A stretch of 32,000 bases of DNA, from contig NZ_JAYKGW010000058.1 in assembly GCF_035285525.1 (NCBI RefSeq), positions 19,438-51,437 of the forward strand, written 5' to 3'. A program made the translations under genes and the position numbers. Of this stretch, positions 18,190 through 25,798 are shown one piece after another. Positions within the stretch are counted from its first letter, which is position 1; each line of letters opens with the position of its first letter. The notes under the pieces were generated by a model. The model was given only the letters and a program-made list of their open reading frames with translations. It did no database searches and had not been told where the DNA came from. The DNA is from Okeania sp. GTDB lineage: Bacteria > Cyanobacteriota > Cyanobacteriia > Cyanobacteriales > Microcoleaceae.

Positions 18190-19677
18190 TTAACTGATAA
18201 CTGTCTTATAAGGCCGTGATAAATATTTGCCTTGGGGCGAACCCAAAACTTCTCCATTATTATAAATCAAATTTCCGCGCAAAAATGTACTTTTCACTTT
18301 TCCAGTCAACTCCATTCCTTCAAATGGTGTATACCCCTGTTGTGACTCTGACTCACTCGCACGCACTACAAAAGTTTCATTGGGATCAAAAAGTACCAAA
18401 TCTGCATCATACCCTACAGCAATATCTCCTTTTTCTAACAAACCATAACGTTGTGCAGGATTCCATGACAACAACTCAGCAATGTGATTATCAGACATTC
18501 CCCTTTTACTACCTTCGCTGAAAACTCCAGATAATAAATATTCTGTACCACCAAAACCTGATCTTGCTAACCAAATATTTTCCGGGTCTTGACTACTAGC
18601 TTTTTTCTCTGCCGAACAACAAGCATGATCGCTAACTATCCAGTCAATATCGCGGTTTAACACTGCCTGCCATAAATATTCTACATCTTCACGGGAACGT
18701 ATAGGGGGATTCACTTTTGCCCATTTGCCTGTAGGTGCATCCACATCTAATAATAAATGTCCTACCGTCACTTCTCGGCGAAAATTAATATGAGGAAATG
18801 TTTTTTGCATCATTAATGCTGCTTCCAGTGCTTTCTGGGAACTCAGATGTAATAAATTAATATTGACACAATTAGTTTCATAAGCTAAATAGGAAGCAAT
18901 AAAAATTGCTAATGCTTCGGAATGAGGAGGACGAGCAGCACTATAAGCTTTGAGACCAGTGACAGAAGTATCATTTTGGACGATTTTAGTATAAGCATTG
19001 AGAATATCAGCAATTTCGCAGTGCAAACTTAAACTAATATAATCCTGCATTTCTGGGTAAGTTTCCCGTAATTTTGTTAACCCCCGCATGATAAATTCAA
19101 AATGAGCAAAATCGTATCTTTCTGACTTGTCAATCATCAAAAATAGGTTTTGTTGGTCTGACATCCCGTGCAAACCATAGCCTCCATAAAACATAAATAT
19201 TTTAAATGATGGCACCCCATATTCCTCAAATAAAAACTGTAATTCATCAATATGACTACTGCTAATGGGGGCGAGATGGTAGCCATAGTCTACAAAAAAA
19301 TTACCTTCTGAAAGCTTCAATGCTTCAGGAAAAAAATCTTTGTAAGCACCGCCTCGGTTGAGATAATATTGTCCGGTACGAATATATGTTAAACCTGTTG
19401 TCACTCCACCCATGGCAGCAGCTTTGGTTTCTGTAATGGCGTCTTGAGGCAGGGGTTGATAAATACCAATATGTTGATGGGAGTCTACTAATCCGGGAAA
19501 ACCTAATAATTCTTTGGCATCAAATATTTCTTTACCTAATTCTGGTTTGATTTCTGGGGCGATATGAGCAAACTTGCCATTTTTAATTCCTAAGTCGAGG
19601 TGAGCGATCGCATTATTATTTGGGCGCACCACCCGTACATTTTTAATAATTAAATCAAAATCTACAGTTTCTGACAT
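18190..19677 (-). CDS. Cyclic amidohydrolase (D-hydantoinase / dihydropyrimidinase-like)
   Basis: 495-aa ORF carrying the full metal-ligand set of the family: VDSHQH (HxH), PSFKIFM (carbamylated Lys position), SLHCE, LLHLSS, VSDHACC, plus VGYDADLVLFD. Confidence 0.85.
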   Translation of the reverse strand: MSETVDFDLIIKNVRVVRPNNNAIAHLDLGIKNGKFAHIAPEIKPELGKEIFDAKELLGFPGLVDSHQHIGIYQPLPQDAITETKAAAMGGVTTGLTYIRTGQYYLNRGGAYKDFFPEALKLSEGNFFVDYGYHLAPISSSHIDELQFLFEEYGVPSFKIFMFYGGYGLHGMSDQQNLFLMIDKSERYDFAHFEFIMRGLTKLRETYPEMQDYISLSLHCEIADILNAYTKIVQNDTSVTGLKAYSAARPPHSEALAIFIASYLAYETNCVNINLLHLSSQKALEAALMMQKTFPHINFRREVTVGHLLLDVDAPTGKWAKVNPPIRSREDVEYLWQAVLNRDIDWIVSDHACCSAEKKASSQDPENIWLARSGFGGTEYLLSGVFSEGSKRGMSDNHIAELLSWNPAQRYGLLEKGDIAVGYDADLVLFDPNETFVVRASESESQQGYTPFEGMELTGKVKSTFLRGNLIYNNGEVLGSPQGKYLSRPYKTVIS

Positions 19678-19834
19678 TTTTTCTTCTCAATAATTCAGCA
19701 ATATTTTTATTTTGACATAATTGGAAATTATACAAAAGTATCTGATATAGCTATAATTAAATATTTTTATAGTATTAGGCATACTTTTCACTTTGAGGCC
19801 AACCCTAATTTTAAAGGTATTTTTTATAATTAAC

Positions 19835-19919
19835 AGGACTTACATAAATGTACTAGATATAGATTTAAAAACTCTTTTTAAACAGTTATAAGCACTATAT
19901 ACAGTCGATATGTAAGTTA
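19835..19919. repeat. Degenerate palindromic MITE-like element (AGGACTTACATA ... TATGTAAGTTAT)
   Basis: Inverted ends read directly. Lies in the divergent promoter region between the hydantoinase-like and SDR genes. Confidence 0.6.
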
Positions 19920-19997
19920 TGATTAACTCGAAAACTGCTATCATTTAGTGATATATTGTGAAATAGTTCAGGTCTTGAATAATTGGGTTACAAAATA

Positions 19998-20810
19998 ATG
20001 AAAGATAGAAATAAAGCATTACAAGGTCGAACCGCTATAATTACAGGATCAGGTCAGAATATAGGTAGATCGATCGCCTTATTATTTGCCTCATCTGGTG
20101 CTAACGTGGTCATTAATGGTCATCGCCATCAAGAAGCAATTGAAAAAGTTGCCCAAGAAGCTCGTGATTTAGGGGGTCAAGCAATAGCAGTAATGGCGGA
20201 TGTGAGTAACCCTGATGCAGTACAAAACATGGTTGATTCTGCTATAGAAAAGTTTGGTGCAGTTGATATTGCTGTCTCTAATGTTTCCCTCCGAAAAAGA
20301 CAAAATTTTTCAGATATTTCCCTTGAAGATTGGCATCAAGTAATTAATACAAACCTTAATTCTGCATTCTATCTAGCTAAGGCCACAATCCCAGGGATGA
20401 AAGCTAGAGGATGGGGTCGGATTATTCATATTTCTGGTTATGATGGTTCAATAGGTGCAGCACACCGCGCTCATAATGTTACTTGTAAAGGAGGTCTTGA
20501 TGCTTTCGCTAAAGCGATCGCTACAGAACTTGGACCCTACGGAATTACTGCAAATACTGTTAGTCCAGGGACGATTGATACTGCTCGTATTGCTAAAGAT
20601 TACCCCAATTTACAAACTAAATACGAAACTATGAAAAAATTGATTCCTGTGGGTCGTCTGGGAACTTCGGAAGATATAGCTGAAGCTTGCCTATATCTTG
20701 CTTCGGATTTTGGTAGCTTTGTTAATGGTCAAGTTATTAATATTAATGGTGGTGCTTTGATGATTACTGCTCATTTAGATCCCATTATTGAACAACTCCA
20801 GGTTCAATAA
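19998..20810 (+). CDS. SDR-family protein with an atypical active site (Asn at the catalytic Tyr position)
   Basis: The track ORF starts at TTG 19983. The first ATG is 19998 (MKDRNKALQGRTAIITGSGQNIGRSIA). A gapless alignment to the classical IS..(12 aa)..YxxxK spacing gives HISGYDGSIGAAHRAHNVTCK. Ser and Lys are therefore present and Tyr is replaced by Asn, with His one residue earlier. NNAG is SNVS. Confidence 0.85.
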   Translation: MKDRNKALQGRTAIITGSGQNIGRSIALLFASSGANVVINGHRHQEAIEKVAQEARDLGGQAIAVMADVSNPDAVQNMVDSAIEKFGAVDIAVSNVSLRKRQNFSDISLEDWHQVINTNLNSAFYLAKATIPGMKARGWGRIIHISGYDGSIGAAHRAHNVTCKGGLDAFAKAIATELGPYGITANTVSPGTIDTARIAKDYPNLQTKYETMKKLIPVGRLGTSEDIAEACLYLASDFGSFVNGQVININGGALMITAHLDPIIEQLQVQ

Positions 20811-21024
20811 TTAATTATTAATTGTTAATTATTAATAATTACCAAAAAAAAGAGGTATAAAGCCTCCCCTGGTTCGGGGATGAAAAAATTTTAACACGGT
20901 TCCCGATAAATCAGTATTTCCAGCCTCCAACTAAAGTTGGAGGTTCACTCTCTACTGATAACTGATAACTGAAATGACCTCTTCTTATAAAAACCAAACA
21001 AATCCTTTCGTTTTCAGGGGATTA

Positions 21025-21125
21025 TAACTTACGCTTTCCCAGCCAATAAACCGGGTTTATTACCATGATATTGTGGTTAAAACCAGGAAATTTGGGTAAA
21101 TAAACCAGGCTTCTGCGTAAGTCCT
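21025..21125. repeat. MITE-like element (TAACTTACGC ... CTGCGTAAGTCCT)
   Basis: Same subfamily as 17441-17555. Lies upstream of the first alpha/beta-fold gene. Confidence 0.7.
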
Positions 21126-21201
21126 GAAGATGATAAAGAATAAACTTCAGTATTTCAATATCCTCACTTCAAGAGTTGCTAATTATAACTAATAACTAAA
21201 A

Positions 21202-22020
21202 ATGAATCAACCGGTTAAAAAAGCTTTTTTAGACACAGAAGACGGACAAATTTTTTACCGCATTGGAGGAGCTGGAGAACCTCTAGTTTTACTTCCTATG
21301 ACTCCTCGAAGTAGCGATGAATTTAAAGAATTAATGGCAATTTTAGCTCCTAAATATCGTGTTATTGCTATGGACTTAATGGGGTTAGGAGATTCTGATA
21401 AACCTCCTAGAGAATATTCTATTTCAGACTATGCTAAAACTGTTATTTTATTGTTAGATGAATTAGGAATTAAAAAATGTAATATTTTAGGAAATTTAAC
21501 GGGGGGTTATATTGCTGGAGAAGTTGCTGTATCTTATGGCGATCGCTTGCATAAATTAATCCTTTGTAATACTCATGGTTTTGATGCAGAAGAAGCGGAA
21601 AAAATTATTCAAAGATATAGTCAAGGATTTACCATAAAAGAAGATGGTTCCCATCTCATGGAAAGATGGTTAGCAAGAATTAATTATGTAGGAAAAGGAG
21701 CATTAAATCACCGTTGTGTTTTAGATGATTTAAAAGCTTTTGGAGGAACTATTTACCCTGGAGTTGCTCTGGGTAAATATTGTCTTTCTGCTCCAGAAAG
21801 GTTTAAAATTATTCAATGTCCGACCTTAGTTTGTAATGGTACTAAAGCTTTAGAGCCTTTAGACAAATATGGTTTTGTCAAGATAGAAAATCAAGGTTGG
21901 TTATCTGAAGTAATTCCTCATAGTCAAACAGTTAAAATCTCTGGAGGAACTTTATGGATGATTAATCAAATGGCTGAAGAAATATCTACAGTTATTGTTG
22001 ATTTTTTAGATAAAATATAG
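21202..22020 (+). CDS. Alpha/beta-hydrolase-fold protein, paralog 1, non-canonical nucleophile elbow GNLTGG
   Basis: 272-aa ORF with the typical AB_hydrolase_1 layout (..VIAMDLMGLGDSDKP..YSISDYAKTVILLLDELGIKKCNILG..). Thr (ACG 21499-21501) occupies the Ser position. HG is replaced by PM. The late aGH motif reads GGT. Confidence 0.85.
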   Translation: MNQPVKKAFLDTEDGQIFYRIGGAGEPLVLLPMTPRSSDEFKELMAILAPKYRVIAMDLMGLGDSDKPPREYSISDYAKTVILLLDELGIKKCNILGNLTGGYIAGEVAVSYGDRLHKLILCNTHGFDAEEAEKIIQRYSQGFTIKEDGSHLMERWLARINYVGKGALNHRCVLDDLKAFGGTIYPGVALGKYCLSAPERFKIIQCPTLVCNGTKALEPLDKYGFVKIENQGWLSEVIPHSQTVKISGGTLWMINQMAEEISTVIVDFLDKI

Positions 22021-22040
22021 ATAAATATAAATTAAATTTT

Positions 22041-22850
22041 ATGAAAATAAAGAGAGCATTTTTAGATACAGAAGACGGGCAAATACATTATCGAATTGGA
22101 GGAGAAGGTGAACCACTAATTTTGCTGCATCAAAATCCAATAAGTAGTGATGAATATCGAGAATTAATGCCTTTATTTATTAAAGAAAAAAAGTTAGTTA
22201 TTGCTATGGATTTTTTGGGTTTTGGTGAATCCGATAAACCTCCTAGAATGTATTACATTGAAGACTATGCCAAAACAGTTACTTTACTTCTAGATAAATT
22301 AGGAATCAAAAAAGCAAATATTCTTGGGTATCATACAGGTGGTTTTGTAGCAGCAGAAGTAGCAGCAGCATACCCAAAAATAGTTAACAAACTTGTGTTA
22401 TGTGGCATTGATTATTTTGAGGAAGAGCAAATAAAAAAACTTTATAATAAATTTTCTGAAGTTTACCAAATTAAAGAAGATGGTTCTCACCTAACAAAAA
22501 GATGGTCTGTTCGTTTAAGTTATGTAGATTTAGAATTAAATCATCGTTGTTTATTAGATGAGTTTAAATGCCATGGTTATCCTCCCTATGGTCCTTTGGC
22601 AATAATGAATTATGCAGAAAAAAGCTTAGAAAGATTTAGATTAATCAATTGTAAAACCTTGATATTATCTGGAACAGAAGACATCAAACAACTAGAAAAA
22701 TTGGGAATTGCAAAAGCAGAAAATAGAAAATTTATTGGTGAAACAATTACTAATGCTAAGATGGTTAATATTGAAGGTGGTACTGTTTATATGATGAATC
22801 AAATGCCTAAGGAAATTGCTAAAGTAGTTATGGACTTTTTAGATAATTAG
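22041..22850 (+). CDS. Alpha/beta-hydrolase-fold protein, paralog 2, nucleophile elbow GYHTGG
   Basis: 269-aa ORF starting 20 nt after paralog 1, about half the residues identical by eye. Thr (ACA 22335-22337) occupies the nucleophile position. The late motif is GGTVYMMNQMPKE with no His. Confidence 0.85.
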   Translation: MKIKRAFLDTEDGQIHYRIGGEGEPLILLHQNPISSDEYRELMPLFIKEKKLVIAMDFLGFGESDKPPRMYYIEDYAKTVTLLLDKLGIKKANILGYHTGGFVAAEVAAAYPKIVNKLVLCGIDYFEEEQIKKLYNKFSEVYQIKEDGSHLTKRWSVRLSYVDLELNHRCLLDEFKCHGYPPYGPLAIMNYAEKSLERFRLINCKTLILSGTEDIKQLEKLGIAKAENRKFIGETITNAKMVNIEGGTVYMMNQMPKEIAKVVMDFLDN

Positions 22851-22869
22851 GCTTTGCTGATTAAATATA

Positions 22870-22990
22870 AAAAGATTAACAGATAAAGGTTTTAACCTTT
22901 TTAGGTCGGGAAAAAGTACCATGTTTTTGGCGAAGAAGGCGGAAAAATCAAAGGATAATTTTTCTGATTTATCGGGAACCGTGTACCTCC
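22870..22990. repeat. Dispersed repeat sharing ACGGTTCCCGATAAATCAG and GGTACTTTTT..GACCTAAAAA blocks with the insertion in yoeB
   Basis: The reverse complement of this stretch aligns in blocks with 28560-28700. The ACACGGTTCCCGATAAATCAG block also occurs at 20887-20907. Confidence 0.6.
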
Positions 22991-23029
22991 TCTATAAAAT
23001 CCATTTGGGAACTATAAAATTAGGTGTGG

Positions 23030-23155
23030 TAATGGGGGGATGGGGTGATGGAGTGATGGGGGTATTTTTCTACCTTTTTCTCTATTTTCCCTCGACGCTC
23101 GGGGTTAGGGGTGGGTTGACTCGTGACTCCTTTGCCAAAAATCTGCACATTTGCA
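23030..23155. repeat. Inverted copy of the ~130-bp repeat at 14762-14888
   Basis: See 14762-14888. Track ORF 22921-23196 lies inside these repeats. Confidence 0.7.
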
Positions 23156-23337
23156 AAGATAGGGTTAGGGGTTCTATAAATCCCTATTTCTCTTGACTAT
23201 TCACTATAAATCATAAACAAGTAGCACCATCTAATTAAAATTTTACCCCCTGAACGTTTCCTGGTTCAGCTATCTGTCAAGAATTACAGCAATTTCACGC
23301 CCGCGCGTGAGGTACAAAATTTTATTTAGTAACTTTA

Positions 23338-23386
23338 GTAACACAACCTTCGGTGGTTGTTACAGCAAACGAAGGCTGAACTGCAG
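23338..23386. repeat. Twin-hairpin repeat AGTAACACAACCTTCGGTGGTTGTTACAGCAAACGAAGGCTGAACTGCAG
   Basis: Near-identical to 18116-18165. Confidence 0.75.
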
Positions 23387-23456
23387 TAGGTGTTAAGTGT
23401 ACCTTACCATCCTCATGCATTGCTATAAAACAATAGGTATTAGAAGAGGTTTCTTG

Positions 23457-24377
23457 ATGCAAACAAAACCAAAGCTTCAGACAAATATTTCTGCTGCTGC
23501 ACAAACTTCTATTGGAAGAATCCATGTAGAATCTGAGGAATCTTTGAACTCAGTTATAGAATTTCCCAAAGTCAACTTTACAGTCGATAATTTTATTAAT
23601 GGTGAAGCAGCAAAGACGCAAATTCTCTCAGCAGATATCAATACAGGTGAATCAACTCAACGAGTACATATTAGGAAGGGATGGACTGCTCCTATCGGAC
23701 ACTTCACTGAAAATTTAGAACTATTTGTGCTGAAGGGGAAAGTCAAACAGGGAGGTTTCCCTCTGCGAGAGCTATCATATTCCTATATCCCTGCTGGTGT
23801 ACCCATCGGACCATGGATAGCAGAGGAAGATAGCATATTATTATGGATGCCAGAAGCTACACCTATTTATGTGACTGAACCCTATGCTCAACTCCCTCAA
23901 ATTCCTGAAAATTCAGTCTATCACAAGCTAGCTCAGAGTGCTGTCGCTGTTCGTGACTATATCCCGATTAAGGAAATCAAGTCAATGCCTTGGGAAACTA
24001 CGAAATATTCATATTTACCTCCTGGTGCTGCGCGACGAAGTCTTTCTTCAAATAAAGAGACCGGTCGCGATACTTGGATACTTGGTTTAGTTCCGATGTT
24101 TATTGAAGGAAACTTTCTCGGAGGACATCCGACCACTGAAGAAGCTTATATGATTATAGGGAGTATTCATGGTCATTGGGCGATGAATGACGATCCATTT
24201 AATCGGCGTTACTCAACCATGAGACAAGATGGTTATTTCTGGAGACCTGCTCATATTCCTCACGGTCCTTTTTGGACAGACACTGGGTCGCTTTTGTTAT
24301 TCCGAACTAAGGGAGAACTAGGATATAATTGGATGCTTCACAATACTGATATTGGGCAGCAATGTTTTGAACCGTAA
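23457..24377 (+). CDS. Cupin-like (possibly bicupin) protein of unknown function
   Basis: Track ORF 23397-24377. The preferred start is ATG 23457 (MQTKPKLQ..), with GAGG about 7 nt upstream. Two cupin-like segments are present: GHFTENLELFVLKGKV..YIPAGVPIGPW and GGHPTTEEAYMIIGSIHGHW..GYFWRPAHIPHGPF. Confidence 0.6.
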   Translation: MQTKPKLQTNISAAAQTSIGRIHVESEESLNSVIEFPKVNFTVDNFINGEAAKTQILSADINTGESTQRVHIRKGWTAPIGHFTENLELFVLKGKVKQGGFPLRELSYSYIPAGVPIGPWIAEEDSILLWMPEATPIYVTEPYAQLPQIPENSVYHKLAQSAVAVRDYIPIKEIKSMPWETTKYSYLPPGAARRSLSSNKETGRDTWILGLVPMFIEGNFLGGHPTTEEAYMIIGSIHGHWAMNDDPFNRRYSTMRQDGYFWRPAHIPHGPFWTDTGSLLLFRTKGELGYNWMLHNTDIGQQCFEP

Positions 24378-24384
24378 TCTCAAT

Positions 24385-24477
24385 AGGGCTTACGCAAAAA
24401 TCAGGTTTATTAAGGAAATTTCCTGATTGAATAATTATGGTAACAAACCGGATTTCTTCTTTTGGTGCGTAAGTCCT
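24385..24477. repeat. MITE-like palindromic element (AGGGCTTACGCA ... TGCGTAAGTCCT)
   Basis: Begins 8 nt after the cupin stop. Internal AATCAGGTTTATT..AAACCGGATTT arms. Confidence 0.75.
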
Positions 24478-24499
24478 AAAAATATAATCATAGTCAATT

Positions 24500-24904
24500 T
24501 TATGGCAATCTTTTCATCAAATCTGCAAAAGTATAAGGACAGATATCAGGTAAATTAACATCATAAACTTTTAAAAATTTACGCTTTGCTCGTTCATATT
24601 CAGGTTGAATATTTATTTTATTTAATAGAGTATTTGTCAGTCTGATCTCAATTTAATCTTGGAAATCATCAATTTCATCCATCCAATGTCTGCGTGATGA
24701 AATTTCGTTAGTGTAATCTAACTTTAACTTGTGAATTATAATTGGCTTTAAAAAGCTATGAACTGCGTTAATTTGCTCTTTTCCCAAGTTATCTATTTCC
24801 TCCTTCAAATTCTCCCAATCAAGTGACTTTTCATTATGTTCACTCAAAGCTTTTACTTGTTCTTCTGCCCATTGCACAAAATCTTTTTCATATAGATTAG
24901 TCAT
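24500..24904 (-). pseudogene. DUF29-family gene interrupted by one in-frame TAA
   Basis: The track gives only 24653-24904 (MTNLYEKDFVQWAEEQVKAL...DDFQD). After the TAA at 24653-24655 the same frame continues IEIRLTNTLLNKINIQPEYERAKRKFLKVYDVNLPDICPYTFADLMKRLP* to the TAA at 24500-24502. The 134 codons in total and the ..P..CPYT.. tail fit full-length DUF29 proteins as I remember them. Confidence 0.7.
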
Positions 24905-24969
24905 TTCAGTATTCCCAATAATTTAAGTTAGTTAATAACCAAAAAATGATGAAATTATTACTTTCCTAA

Positions 24970-25141
24970 TAACCATTCAGCTATTAGCTGTCAGCTCTCA
25001 CTAACAGAAGAGATTTTCAATGGAATATAGGCTTTCAAGTCAGCTTTTTTAGTTAAGATTTAATTCTGGCTCAATTAGCAAAGCTTTTATCTAAAACTAA
25101 AATTGAAAGTAATCGCTGAGAGCTGACGGCTAAATGCTTAC
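24970..25141. mobile_element. 172-bp MITE with ~25-bp imperfect terminal inverted repeats and a 9-bp target-site duplication CTTTCCTAA
   Basis: CTTTCCTAA occurs at 24961-24969 and 25142-25150. Left end ..CATTCAGCTATTAGCTGTCAGCTCTCA, right end TGAGAGCTGACGGCTAAATGCTTAC, with 11 bp perfect inner TIR cores. Inserted immediately after the stop of the 25151-25621 gene. Confidence 0.8.
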
Positions 25142-25150
25142 CTTTCCTAA

Positions 25151-25621
25151 CTAGGGGAATTTAGGCTTTTCATTTAACCGAACTCTTTCTTCTTTAATAA
25201 CTGTTCTTTTGACAATTTGATCGTTTTGAAACCAATGCCAAGTTCGAGCGCGATGATTATTATCAGCACTAATATTAATCATTTCATAGATATAAAAATC
25301 TGCCATTCCTTTATAAGTTATCCACAAAATAATTGTTGAATTATCTGCTTCCCAAGCATAACCATCCAACCTTTCTGTATCAAACCAAATCTTTTTATCT
25401 CGATACGTTCCCGGAAATTGATATTCTTCTTTTTTACCATTCGCCCATTCATAACGATTAGTTTGATAATAAGGATATTCTACATTCTCTGGAAATTGAC
25501 AAGTTAAGTAGGAACTGTGTCGATCAATAATATTTCCTTGATTATCTATTATTGTATATATTCCCTGCCAAATTCCTTCATGGCGGACTAATACAGGCAT
25601 TTCTTCTCGGATATTAGACAT
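25151..25621 (-). CDS. Hypothetical ~156-aa protein, lipocalin/nitrobindin-like beta-barrel suspected (DUF3598-like)
   Basis: The track ORF starts at TTG 25627 and the first ATG is 25621 (MSNIREEMPVLVRHEGIWQGIYTIIDNQGNIIDRH..). The HEG.W.G....D..G pattern and alternating beta-like periodicity are suggestive only. Confidence 0.6.
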   Translation of the reverse strand: MSNIREEMPVLVRHEGIWQGIYTIIDNQGNIIDRHSSYLTCQFPENVEYPYYQTNRYEWANGKKEEYQFPGTYRDKKIWFDTERLDGYAWEADNSTIILWITYKGMADFYIYEMINISADNNHRARTWHWFQNDQIVKRTVIKEERVRLNEKPKFP

Positions 25622-25798
25622 AATCAATGTTCCTGATTTAGACAGTTGATAAAAATTATAACCGTTTTGTCAAAGGGAAGCTCAGGTATAATTTATTACA
25701 AGATTTGAAGTATAGGTTCTGAAATTAAGTCAGAATTTAGAATTATACATAGTGGTATATCATAAAAAATTATGTAAAGAAAAGTAACGAAAAAGCAA

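Noticed and set aside
17910-18257. 115-aa minus-strand ORF bridging the EVE gene, the heptamer array and the end of the hydantoinase-like gene
   Set aside because: It overlaps two well-supported CDSs out of frame and reads through the heptamer array and twin-hairpin repeat.
24653-24655. Programmed read-through or recoding as the explanation for the in-frame stops in DUF29, BrnA-like, YefM-like and AAA-like genes
   Set aside because: All three stop codons are involved, in unrelated genes. The same codons terminate every intact gene normally, and neighbouring loci show insertions and frameshifts. Ordinary pseudogenisation or sequence error is more parsimonious. I cannot exclude read-through without expression data.
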